Positions 14,063 to 21,163 of a stretch of 41,348 nt of DNA are shown piece after piece. The translations under genes were made by a program, and so were the position numbers. The number at the start of each line of letters is the position of its first letter. The stretch's first letter is position 1. The stretch comes from a virus: the IMG/VR virus record IMGVR_UViG_3300045988_060405, positions 1-41,348 of that record, one strand, 5' to 3'. Under the pieces are notes generated by a model. That model was not told the DNA's origin. It saw only the letters and a list, made by a program, of their open reading frames with translations, and ran no database searches.

Positions 14063-14093
14063 CCTTCCTTCCAAAAAGAAAAGGCCCGGGATT
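14063..14093 (-). terminator. Terminator-like hairpin between holin and endolysin
   Basis: The minus sense reads GGCCTGGG-gcaat-CCCGGGCC followed by TTTTCTTTTT, directly upstream of the endolysin RBS. Confidence 0.5.
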
Positions 14094-14122
14094 GCCCCAG
14101 GCCCATAAATAAGTACAGTATC

Positions 14123-14150
14123 ACCGGCTCTCACCCTGCCGGCCGGGAGA
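14123..14150. repeat. GC-rich hairpin, copy 4 (same family as 11141, 11426 and 11738)
   Basis: The minus sense reads TCTCCCGGCCGGCAGGGTGAGAGCCGGTG. Confidence 0.45.
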
Positions 14151-14169
14151 TATGCGGATCACCGCCTTT

Positions 14170-14664
14170 CTATTCCTGCTTATCGCCCTGTCCATAATCT
14201 GCACTGTCAATCTTATCTTTCAGTACCGCAATGTATTTTAATAACCAATCTGGCACCGCGGCGCCCATTCTGCCCGCATTTTCGATAATGGACAGTAATT
14301 CATTGAGTAAGTACCAGACAGCCACCAGAAGCCCGAAAAATGCGCTGGCCGGCATCGTAAAGCCAAGTGTTCCAGATACGGTAGCAATCACATAATCCAC
14401 TACCATAGCAACCGCAATCACGCAAAGATAACCAACCTTTTTAATAATCCCTTTTGCGCCCTTCTTGCTGCTCCACCCATAGGTGATGTCATCGGGGTGA
14501 TCCATAGCTTCCCGTTTACTTGCCAGCATTCCGGTTACATAGTCCACAACCATCATGGAAGCAAGCGCACAAAGTACCGGGAAGAGTATCCCCAGTTTAT
14601 CACTTAAAAAGGCAACAACCGCCGCCATTGCCCCCTGAATTCCGATCATATACTCTCTTTTCAT
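14170..14664 (-). CDS. Holin (Phage_holin_4_1 / toxin-secretion-lysis holin family)
   Basis: Multiple transmembrane segments and the conserved WYLLNELLSIIENAGRMGAAVPDWL motif. Confidence 0.85.
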   Translation of the reverse strand: MKREYMIGIQGAMAAVVAFLSDKLGILFPVLCALASMMVVDYVTGMLASKREAMDHPDDITYGWSSKKGAKGIIKKVGYLCVIAVAMVVDYVIATVSGTLGFTMPASAFFGLLVAVWYLLNELLSIIENAGRMGAAVPDWLLKYIAVLKDKIDSADYGQGDKQE

Positions 14665-14668
14665 AGTC

Positions 14669-14782
14669 TTATTCCTCCGGATTTTCTTTCAGCCAAACTT
14701 CTGTTTTCGATCTCCAAAAATTGGGGACCTCTTTAATGGTAATAATACCGCGTCTGATCCGCGTTCCATAGAATGCGCCCAT
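14669..14782 (-). CDS. Small conserved late protein (37 aa; below the ORF-track cutoff)
   Basis: Hand translation: MGAFYGTRIRRGIITIKEVPNFWRSKTEVWLKENPEE. TAATG overlap with the upstream gene. The holin SD lies in its 3' end. Confidence 0.55.
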   Translation of the reverse strand: MGAFYGTRIRRGIITIKEVPNFWRSKTEVWLKENPEE

Positions 14783-15162
14783 TATACTGTACCTCCTTCT
14801 GCTATTGTTCCAACGGCTTCCCCAAGGTCGTTAATGGCACCGTCCTGTACTGCCTGGCCTGCCTCCAGCGCGTCCAGACGCTTTTCCTCCGGGGTTTTCT
14901 CGCGGAGGCTATACGTTGTAAGTACTGTGCCGTCAGCAGCCACCACGGAGGTCTCAGACACAAGCACGAGGTCAGCATACGTTCCAGCGACGATTCCTTC
15001 CCCAGTCTTAACCTGTACTGCCGTCAGGTTATCCGGCGTCAGCGCTTCCCAGGTTGCTACCATAGCCGCCCGGTCTGCCGCCGTTACCTGTAATGATCTC
15101 ATACTTGCACCTGCCTCAAGTTCGATAATAGTTCCATTTTTTAAGATTAATGTGTCTTTCAT
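14782..15162 (-). CDS. Hypothetical late protein (126 aa) between the fibre and lysis genes
   Basis: ORF track. SD GAAAGGAG. Confidence 0.7.
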   Translation of the reverse strand: MKDTLILKNGTIIELEAGASMRSLQVTAADRAAMVATWEALTPDNLTAVQVKTGEGIVAGTYADLVLVSETSVVAADGTVLTTYSLREKTPEEKRLDALEAGQAVQDGAINDLGEAVGTIAEGGTV

Positions 15163-15200
15163 GTAAGGACACTCCTTTCTTCTCCCTATATGGGAGAGAT

Positions 15201-15230
15201 AAAAATAAGCCCTTAAACTGGGCTTTATTA
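15201..15230 (-). terminator. Intrinsic terminator downstream of the fibre module
   Basis: The minus sense reads AATAAAGCCC-agtttaa-GGGCTTATTTTTAT. Confidence 0.6.
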
Positions 15231-15249
15231 ACGGGTTTCTTATTCAGTT

Positions 15250-15262
15250 AAATAGTGATTTA
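15250..15262 (+). other. Recombination-type site C (AAATAGTGATTTA)
   Basis: The extended match TTA(T/C)TCAGTTAAATAGTGATTTAG is shared with the reverse complement of site D. Confidence 0.75.
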
Positions 15263-15583
15263 GCAGTGAAAGACGTCACCGCACACTTTTACAAAAACGC
15301 ACCGGTGTCTTACGTATTGGCTTATAAAATCGGCCATATGGTGCAATGTATTTTTACGATCTCTGCCGGATCGTCTGGCTGGGTTGAGGTAGCCTTTTGT
15401 GATGATGATGTCAGGCCACTTATGGATGTGCCAGTGTACAGAGCGCGGAGTGCAATAGCAGATGATAATACTATACAGGTCAATGGTACATTAAAAGCAG
15501 CAGAAAACAAACTGTACATATATATAAGTAAGGCATTGGCCACTAATCTGAGTATGAGCTGTATTTATCCAACTACAAGATAA
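15251..15583 (+). CDS. Silent tail-fibre C-terminal cassette C (105-aa tip type), tail-to-tail with the expressed fibre gene
   Basis: The frame is open through the site (…IQLNSDLAVKDVTAH…). No SD. Its stop lies 4 nt from the stop of the 15588-16454 gene. Confidence 0.75.
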   Translation, partial: NSDLAVKDVTAHFYKNAPVSYVLAYKIGHMVQCIFTISAGSSGWVEVAFCDDDVRPLMDVPVYRARSAIADDNTIQVNGTLKAAENKLYIYISKALATNLSMSCIYPTTR

Positions 15584-15587
15584 TCAT

Positions 15588-16454
15588 CTACATAATCCAG
15601 TAATCCGTCCGTGTCGCCCCATTATAAAAGCCAAACTTAATATTTTTGGTGGCTGTCAAAAACTCAATATACAAATAATTAACAGCCGTTGTATACATTC
15701 TAATACTCGTAGCTGTCGAGTTTTGCGCAAAAGTCACTTTTCCGACACCCTCAAAGCTTATTTTATCATCCATTATGTCTCTCCAGCCTCGCCATGTACC
15801 ATTATCTTGTTTGGTGATTTGTGGACTATTTGGACCATCATACGGAGGCCACGCCGTGATGCGACACCATTTGTTATCGAGACGCTCAACGTCCAGATAA
15901 GCAGCGACCCAGCCCGTGGGTAAATTTGTACAATTAGTTGCATAGTAACGTCCTGTGGTAAGCGTTAGGATATCGATGCCTGTTACTGGCTGGAGGCTAA
16001 TATCGGTTTTTACATCACCTAAATCACTATTTAACTGAGTAATCTTGTCATCGAGGGACTTCCCCATCGGACCGCTTAATACGGTTGTTGCGTCCGTCGC
16101 AAGCAGATTATTTACGATCTTACTTTTCTCAATGAGTTTTGTCATGACCTTATCGGCGATCGCGTCAATTAGTTCCTGAGATGTCACGCTTGCTCCTGCC
16201 TCTCTCAGTACTCCGCTTGTATCCACAGCGGTGATTGCAGAAAGTGCCTCAGCCGCAAAGCCACGCGCCATATACTTCCAGTTCGCTCCCGGTGCAGGAG
16301 TTACTCCACGTAAATTATCCTTCAACGCAACCCAAGTACTCCCGTTATAATATACCACATCACCGGTTCGATATGTGGTACCTGACGCATAATTTCCTTT
16401 GTCCACAAAACCTATGCGTCCTAATTCTGTATATCCTTCTGGTGCTGCCATCAA
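15588..16454 (-). CDS. Tail fibre / receptor-binding protein: constant N-terminal part (aa 1-145) plus the currently fused knob-like tip (cassette D)
   Basis: N-terminal GTTYRTGDVVYYNGSTWVALKDNL...PGANW motif. Site D is encoded at aa 142-145 (NSDL). SD GAGGAGG. Confidence 0.8.
   Translation of the reverse strand: MMAAPEGYTELGRIGFVDKGNYASGTTYRTGDVVYYNGSTWVALKDNLRGVTPAPGANWKYMARGFAAEALSAITAVDTSGVLREAGASVTSQELIDAIADKVMTKLIEKSKIVNNLLATDATTVLSGPMGKSLDDKITQLNSDLGDVKTDISLQPVTGIDILTLTTGRYYATNCTNLPTGWVAAYLDVERLDNKWCRITAWPPYDGPNSPQITKQDNGTWRGWRDIMDDKISFEGVGKVTFAQNSTATSIRMYTTAVNYLYIEFLTATKNIKFGFYNGATRTDYWIM
16020..16032 (-). other. Recombination-type site D, inside the expressed fibre gene
   Basis: The plus strand reads TAAATCACTATTT. 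In the minus sense it is ...ACT CAG TTA AAT AGT GAT TTA GGT GAT... = TQLNSDLGD. Confidence 0.75.
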
Positions 16455-16476
16455 ATAGTACCTCCTCTTTTCTTTT

Positions 16477-17022
16477 TTATACCATAATTTTCCAATAGAG
16501 CACTGAATCCACGACAGTAAAATTCACACCTACCCCCGCTTTTATATAGAGGGTTGATTCTGCCGGATCAAAATAAAAACCAGGCGCTACAATCTGCGAG
16601 TACTGCGCGGCCCTGTCTGCGTCGTTTTTGGCATTGTCCGCATAAGTCCCGGCCTGCCTGCTGTAATACTCGCTGTTATTGGTATTCTCTCCCTCTCGCG
16701 TCCCGGTTCCACCGATTGCCCAGCTTTTTGCCTCCGTAGCACTTACTGCGGAGTTTGTAGCCTGCTCTGTAGCACTTCCGAGAATATCATCCGCATGATT
16801 CAAGGTTTCATTTGCTCTCGCTGTTGCCGCATTCGCATCGGTCACAGCTTCATTGGCTAAAGTAATTGCATTATTAATTCTTGTAACTTGCACCGCTACG
16901 TTAGCTACAACATTTTCACCCTCTTTATTGACCTTTTCAGCCAATGAGATCATAGAGCCACGAACGTCTTTCCCTTTCCGCGCGCTCCTGAAATTCTCTA
17001 TTTCTCTGCTTATATCTGCCAT
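16477..17022 (-). CDS. Tail fibre proximal protein (181 aa)
   Basis: Ala/Asn/Thr-rich repeats (ATARANETL..ATNSAVSATEAKSWA) typical of fibre shafts. Located directly upstream of the RBP gene. Confidence 0.7.
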   Translation of the reverse strand: MADISREIENFRSARKGKDVRGSMISLAEKVNKEGENVVANVAVQVTRINNAITLANEAVTDANAATARANETLNHADDILGSATEQATNSAVSATEAKSWAIGGTGTREGENTNNSEYYSRQAGTYADNAKNDADRAAQYSQIVAPGFYFDPAESTLYIKAGVGVNFTVVDSVLYWKIMV

Positions 17023-17041
17023 GTTTCACCTCACTTTCCTC

Positions 17042-17695
17042 CTATCCGACCAACTGTTTAACACTGTTTTCCTGAATGAAATCTCTGATTTTATCATATC
17101 CCCAGCCACAATTAATAAGGCCGCTGACAAGCATTTCCATAGATTGAACCGCAGATAATTCCTCAACAGTAAACCTATCTCGTAAATTGTCCTGGCTTCC
17201 TATTCCATATAATTCTCTGAGCTGCTTCGCATTTTTCCCGAATATCGCCTTGTAAATTGCATTTGTATAAGTAGAGTACGCATGTCCATGCATTCGTTCG
17301 TTTTCCTGGGAACGCTGAAGTGTATTTGTAAGCGCTTGCCGTACAGCTATACCTTTTTCACGTTCCTTCATTTTACCGATTAATGCATTTTCCATAGCAT
17401 TGAACTGCTTTATGTATGCAAGTTTAAATTTAATAGCCTTTTCTCCTGTATATCCCATTACAAGCAGTGTGAAACCATCTCTTGTCATGTAATACATCGG
17501 GTTCTTTTTTCCATTCGTCGCTACATAATAGCTTTCACTGAATAGCCCCGAAATATCGGGGCTACTGATACTCGCAGATAAATTTCTTATATCCTCAATT
17601 ACGTGGTAGTGTTCTTTCCCGAATGTTTCAGCAACATCTAAACTTGTGCATGTGGCAACTTCTTCTTTATTAAATTTTCTGATTTCCACTAACAT
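17042..17695 (-). CDS. Rha-family phage regulatory protein (antirepressor-like)
   Basis: N-terminal TSLDVAETFGKEHYHVIEDIRNL is the Phage_pRha signature. Confidence 0.75.
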   Translation of the reverse strand: MLVEIRKFNKEEVATCTSLDVAETFGKEHYHVIEDIRNLSASISSPDISGLFSESYYVATNGKKNPMYYMTRDGFTLLVMGYTGEKAIKFKLAYIKQFNAMENALIGKMKEREKGIAVRQALTNTLQRSQENERMHGHAYSTYTNAIYKAIFGKNAKQLRELYGIGSQDNLRDRFTVEELSAVQSMEMLVSGLINCGWGYDKIRDFIQENSVKQLVG

Positions 17696-17733
17696 AGATT
17701 CTTATCCTCCGATCTATTTTCTGTTTTTGGCAT

Positions 17734-17762
17734 AGAAAAAGAGCACCTGTTTTCAGGCGCTC
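17734..17762 (-). terminator. Terminator-like hairpin in the leader of the Rha gene
   Basis: The minus sense reads GAGCGCCTG-aaaa-CAGGTGCTC followed by TTTTTCT, between the promoter and the RBS. Confidence 0.5.
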
Positions 17763-17783
17763 ATCACTGGTTTTCCTATTTTA

Positions 17784-17818
17784 AATTGTAGCACATTTGG
17801 GTGTGACAAACGTGACAA
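17784..17818 (-). promoter_or_regulatory. Extended -10 promoter (TGcTACAAT) preceded by a tandem TTGTCAC repeat
   Basis: -10 at 17784-17789. TTGTCAC copies at 17803-17809 and 17812-17818 (plus-strand coordinates). Confidence 0.45.
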
Positions 17819-17831
17819 TTTACTTGACACA

Positions 17832-17861
17832 GAAAAAGAGCGGGGAAATTATCCTCGCTCT
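17832..17861 (-). terminator. Intrinsic terminator after the secreted-protein gene
   Basis: The minus sense reads AGAGCGAGG-ataattt-CCCCGCTCT followed by TTTTCT. Confidence 0.55.
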
Positions 17862-17873
17862 CTGTAATTTTTA

Positions 17874-18419
17874 TTATTCATGGCTTGTGCACGCTGGCAC
17901 GTACTGGGTATCCAGCCATGCCAGAAATTCGGGATTGTCTGAGTTGACTACTCCATCAGCTCCGGTTGTCAGGCCATCGTAATATTCGTAGCCCTCCATT
18001 AATTCTCCATATCCATTAAAGGCGTATAAAACATCATCTATTTTCGTTACTCCCAGCGGGATGGTCTTATCATCAAACTCGAATGACCATATTCCTTTTT
18101 CGCTCTGAGTCCACTTCCCAGAATATGTGTCCCTCTTTTTTACAACACCGGTTCCATCATCCCCATTTACCGCCCACTGTGGAAGCAGTCCCATATTGAA
18201 TTTTCTCTCAATATGTTCTCTCTTTAGTTTATCATCCTTAGTTGTAAACTGTACACAATGCTCGTCATTAAGCCACGTCCATTCATATGATGAATTTTCC
18301 TCTTCATTCAGCGGAGATTTACGTATGAAATCACCATTAACTACATCAGCCATAGCAAACGAACCAAAAAGCAAACTAAATGTTAAAACAATAGTCAGTA
18401 AAGACATTTTTTTAAACAT
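17874..18419 (-). CDS. Secreted protein with a signal peptide and a cell-wall-binding-like repeat (moron)
   Basis: MFKKMSLLTIVLTFSLLFGSFAMA|DVV is an SPase I-type signal. The C-terminal VLYAFNGYGELMEGYEYYDG is repeat-like. The gene has its own promoter and terminator. Confidence 0.75.
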   Translation of the reverse strand: MFKKMSLLTIVLTFSLLFGSFAMADVVNGDFIRKSPLNEEENSSYEWTWLNDEHCVQFTTKDDKLKREHIERKFNMGLLPQWAVNGDDGTGVVKKRDTYSGKWTQSEKGIWSFEFDDKTIPLGVTKIDDVLYAFNGYGELMEGYEYYDGLTTGADGVVNSDNPEFLAWLDTQYVPACTSHE

Positions 18420-18445
18420 TTTATATTTCACCCCTTTCTGACTAT

Positions 18446-18474
18446 ATTATATCATCTATATACCTTCGGTTCAA
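18446..18474 (-). promoter_or_regulatory. Sigma70-type promoter of the secreted-protein moron
   Basis: On the minus strand: TTGAAC (18469-18474, overlapping the Tal stop), 17 nt, TATAAT (18446-18451). Confidence 0.65.
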
Positions 18475-20465
18475 CCCTCCAATCCATCTATTCTATCCCT
18501 CAAATCTCTTACTCTGCCATACAAATCCTTAAACATATCTAGTGCAGACATATTTTCCGTCCAAGGATCATCGAAAATTATATCTCCTGTGACAATACCA
18601 CTATAACCAACACGGGTTATCATTCCATCTCTTTTTAATTCAAGTGCTGGCCCTGTTCCATCAAATTCTTGAGTAGATAATACAATAGAATTACCTGCAT
18701 CTTTACTATATATAGTCATGTCAGAAATGCCAAACCCATTAATCCATGCATAATTTTCAGTAATCAGCACATTCCCTATATTGATCTCACCAGAATTTAT
18801 AATCACTGATCCGTCGCTGTCCACCTCAAATGTACCATTACCGATATTAATCCTGCCGCCTATAATTGATGATCCTTTGATGGTACTACCCTCAATAATG
18901 CCAAGAAGCACATGCAAGCCGGTCTTATCCCATGTACCGATCACCTCGCCCTGTGCATTCTTAACGGTAATGCTCCCATCTTTCGCCAGGCCAGCGCCGC
19001 CCACCTCGAGAATGCCGCCGCGAATTCTGTCCGCCAGCATCGTACCGGATGTTATGAAATCAGCCACAAGATTACCATCAATCGTCCAGGCATTCCGGTA
19101 TGGTCCATTTATGCCGGTTGTAGAAAAGCCAAGGCCGTTCTGATTAAGCTGAATCACATGGGTAGCCGTGTTCTTATCCGGCGTGTTCATCACCAGGATT
19201 CGCCATGGGTGGATTTTCTTACCGGTAACGGGGTCCTCGACGTCCAGAACCACATACCCACCAAGTCCGCCAGTAATCAATGAGGTGGCATTCTCCACCT
19301 TACGCCTGATCTCGCTCGAGGCAGATTCCCCTACCTTCTTTATGGAATTTGATAGTTCCACCTGCTTACTTACATTTGCAGCTGTGAATGTCTTTACGGT
19401 TGATCCAAGGGATATACTCCCTTTTTTCGGATCGTCAAGATATAGGTCAAGCCTCGCAAGCAGCATATCTTTCTTAACCCCGTGGGGCTTGCTCTCCGCG
19501 GTTGTCCACCGGCCAACCTTAAACCTACGGATATCTACCCCCGCATAATTAAGATCAAGAGCCTTAACGGTTAGTGTATCCGGTATGTTGGTCAGTTCCT
19601 TAATCAGTGCTTTCGCCTTTTCAAGTAGTACGGAAGGCTCCGTTACATCAGCCCATTGATAGGTGACTGTTATGATTCCATATTCATCAACCACGCTCTG
19701 ATCTGCCGTAATATAATCGCTTCCGTCATTCACAGACGTGATATCAACGGTTTTTGTCTGCACTTCCCCGTTCTCGTCTTGGTACTCCACTTCCGCGCCA
19801 TAAGGTATTAACCGCGTAGCGATTTCCGTCGCATCCTGGTATTTCGTCAGATCAAGCAGATTCACTCCGAAACGTATCTTCTGCTCATTGTATCCGCCAT
19901 GGTCATAGGTGTAATTAAGATACTTCTTACCGCCCTTATACTCCACGTACAGGCAGCCCCCATACTTGCTTATCAGATAGGTATTAACCGTGTTCCATGT
20001 GTTTTCCAGTTTTGTGCTTTCCCGCTTAATGTTGGATTCATCATCGACCACATTCACGGTTCCAAGCAAAAACTGTTTTCTTTCCTCCACCTGACGATTA
20101 TGGTTATCAATCAGGTAGGCCAGGAAATCACGGATATTACCGGTATGGGAAAACGGGCGCTGGATACTGTCGATCAAGTACCCCATGCTCCCCTCGCATA
20201 CAATCTTCTTTACATTGTAAAAATCTGCTTCATCCGAAATTGCCCGCCCCTCATAAAGCAGCTCCCCATCTTCAATCACCCGTATGATGGATTTTAGTTT
20301 CTTGATGGTATTATAATACTCATGCATTGGGGGAATCATAAATTCTAATTGCCCAGTCTTATTAATGGTTAATATAAGGCGCGGCTCAAGCACTCTTAAA
20401 ACGTCACTTTTCTGGTCATGTATGGGGTATACATGGCCGTCTACGATATTCTGTATCAGATACAT
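18471..20465 (-). CDS. Tail-associated / minor structural protein (Tal; prophage tail endopeptidase-type N-terminus)
   Basis: Size, position after Dit, and an N-terminus typical of siphovirus Tal proteins. Confidence 0.8.
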   Translation of the reverse strand: MYLIQNIVDGHVYPIHDQKSDVLRVLEPRLILTINKTGQLEFMIPPMHEYYNTIKKLKSIIRVIEDGELLYEGRAISDEADFYNVKKIVCEGSMGYLIDSIQRPFSHTGNIRDFLAYLIDNHNRQVEERKQFLLGTVNVVDDESNIKRESTKLENTWNTVNTYLISKYGGCLYVEYKGGKKYLNYTYDHGGYNEQKIRFGVNLLDLTKYQDATEIATRLIPYGAEVEYQDENGEVQTKTVDITSVNDGSDYITADQSVVDEYGIITVTYQWADVTEPSVLLEKAKALIKELTNIPDTLTVKALDLNYAGVDIRRFKVGRWTTAESKPHGVKKDMLLARLDLYLDDPKKGSISLGSTVKTFTAANVSKQVELSNSIKKVGESASSEIRRKVENATSLITGGLGGYVVLDVEDPVTGKKIHPWRILVMNTPDKNTATHVIQLNQNGLGFSTTGINGPYRNAWTIDGNLVADFITSGTMLADRIRGGILEVGGAGLAKDGSITVKNAQGEVIGTWDKTGLHVLLGIIEGSTIKGSSIIGGRINIGNGTFEVDSDGSVIINSGEINIGNVLITENYAWINGFGISDMTIYSKDAGNSIVLSTQEFDGTGPALELKRDGMITRVGYSGIVTGDIIFDDPWTENMSALDMFKDLYGRVRDLRDRIDGLEG

Positions 20466-21163
20466 TACAAGCTTCCTCCCCGGTATATTACCGTCACAGT
20501 CCCTTTTCCAGAAAACTGCAAGTGATATTCTCCATTTCCAATTAATATGTCAGTGATATAATTCACACCGGCGCTCAAAGCATATTCAACGCCTTCAAAT
20601 ATCACTTTCATGGCTTCGGAACACTCTATTTTAGGGATAACAGGCATAGGGCTTCCGTCAACTACAAGATCATATGTACCATTTACCGCTATGTTTCCAT
20701 ACTCCCGGATGACTCCGGTCTCGAAATCGAACGGGTCCCATAACCAATCCTCATCCGATGCAAGCAGGTCCAGTTTATACGGCTTGCAGTCAAACGTAAG
20801 TGTAATCTTACCGTATCTGCGATTATTCTTTTCATATTCGCATGTTCCCCGGCCGTCATAGTAATATCCCTCATCAAAATCAAATATCAGCTTTACTGGT
20901 TTTCCATGCAGATAGTTGCTGATATCACTGATTCTCGCGGCCCAGTTACTATATCCCTTATCCTCAAAATCACATTCCACCTTTATTTTCCGGTTCTCAT
21001 ACCGGGTTCCGAAATAGTCCGTCATATCAACGTAACCATCGGCGCCCGGTATGTCAATAAGGCTCTTTTTTACTTCCGGCAGACCTATATTGACCGAAAT
21101 AATACGTAGCCCGAAATCTCGGTAAGAATGCTTTTCGTCATTAAATGTGATTCCTATAGGCAT
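20465..21163 (-). CDS. Distal tail protein (Dit; Sipho_tail family)
   Basis: GITFNDEKHSYRDFGLRI...IPGADGYVDMTDYF. Located directly after the tape measure gene. Confidence 0.8.
   Translation of the reverse strand: MPIGITFNDEKHSYRDFGLRIISVNIGLPEVKKSLIDIPGADGYVDMTDYFGTRYENRKIKVECDFEDKGYSNWAARISDISNYLHGKPVKLIFDFDEGYYYDGRGTCEYEKNNRRYGKITLTFDCKPYKLDLLASDEDWLWDPFDFETGVIREYGNIAVNGTYDLVVDGSPMPVIPKIECSEAMKVIFEGVEYALSAGVNYITDILIGNGEYHLQFSGKGTVTVIYRGGSL

Noticed and set aside
9369-16454. Diversity-generating retroelement as an explanation for the duplicated fibre-tip sequences
   Set aside because: There is no reverse transcriptase gene and no template/variable repeat pair with adenine-specific differences. 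The differences between cassettes B and C are mostly synonymous transitions at all four bases.
16455-16476. Partial match (AAATAGT) to the 13-mer in the gap between the two fibre genes, initially considered as the fourth recombination site
   Set aside because: Only 7 nt match. The true fourth copy (13/13, with 19-25 nt extended matches) lies inside the RBP gene at 16020-16032.
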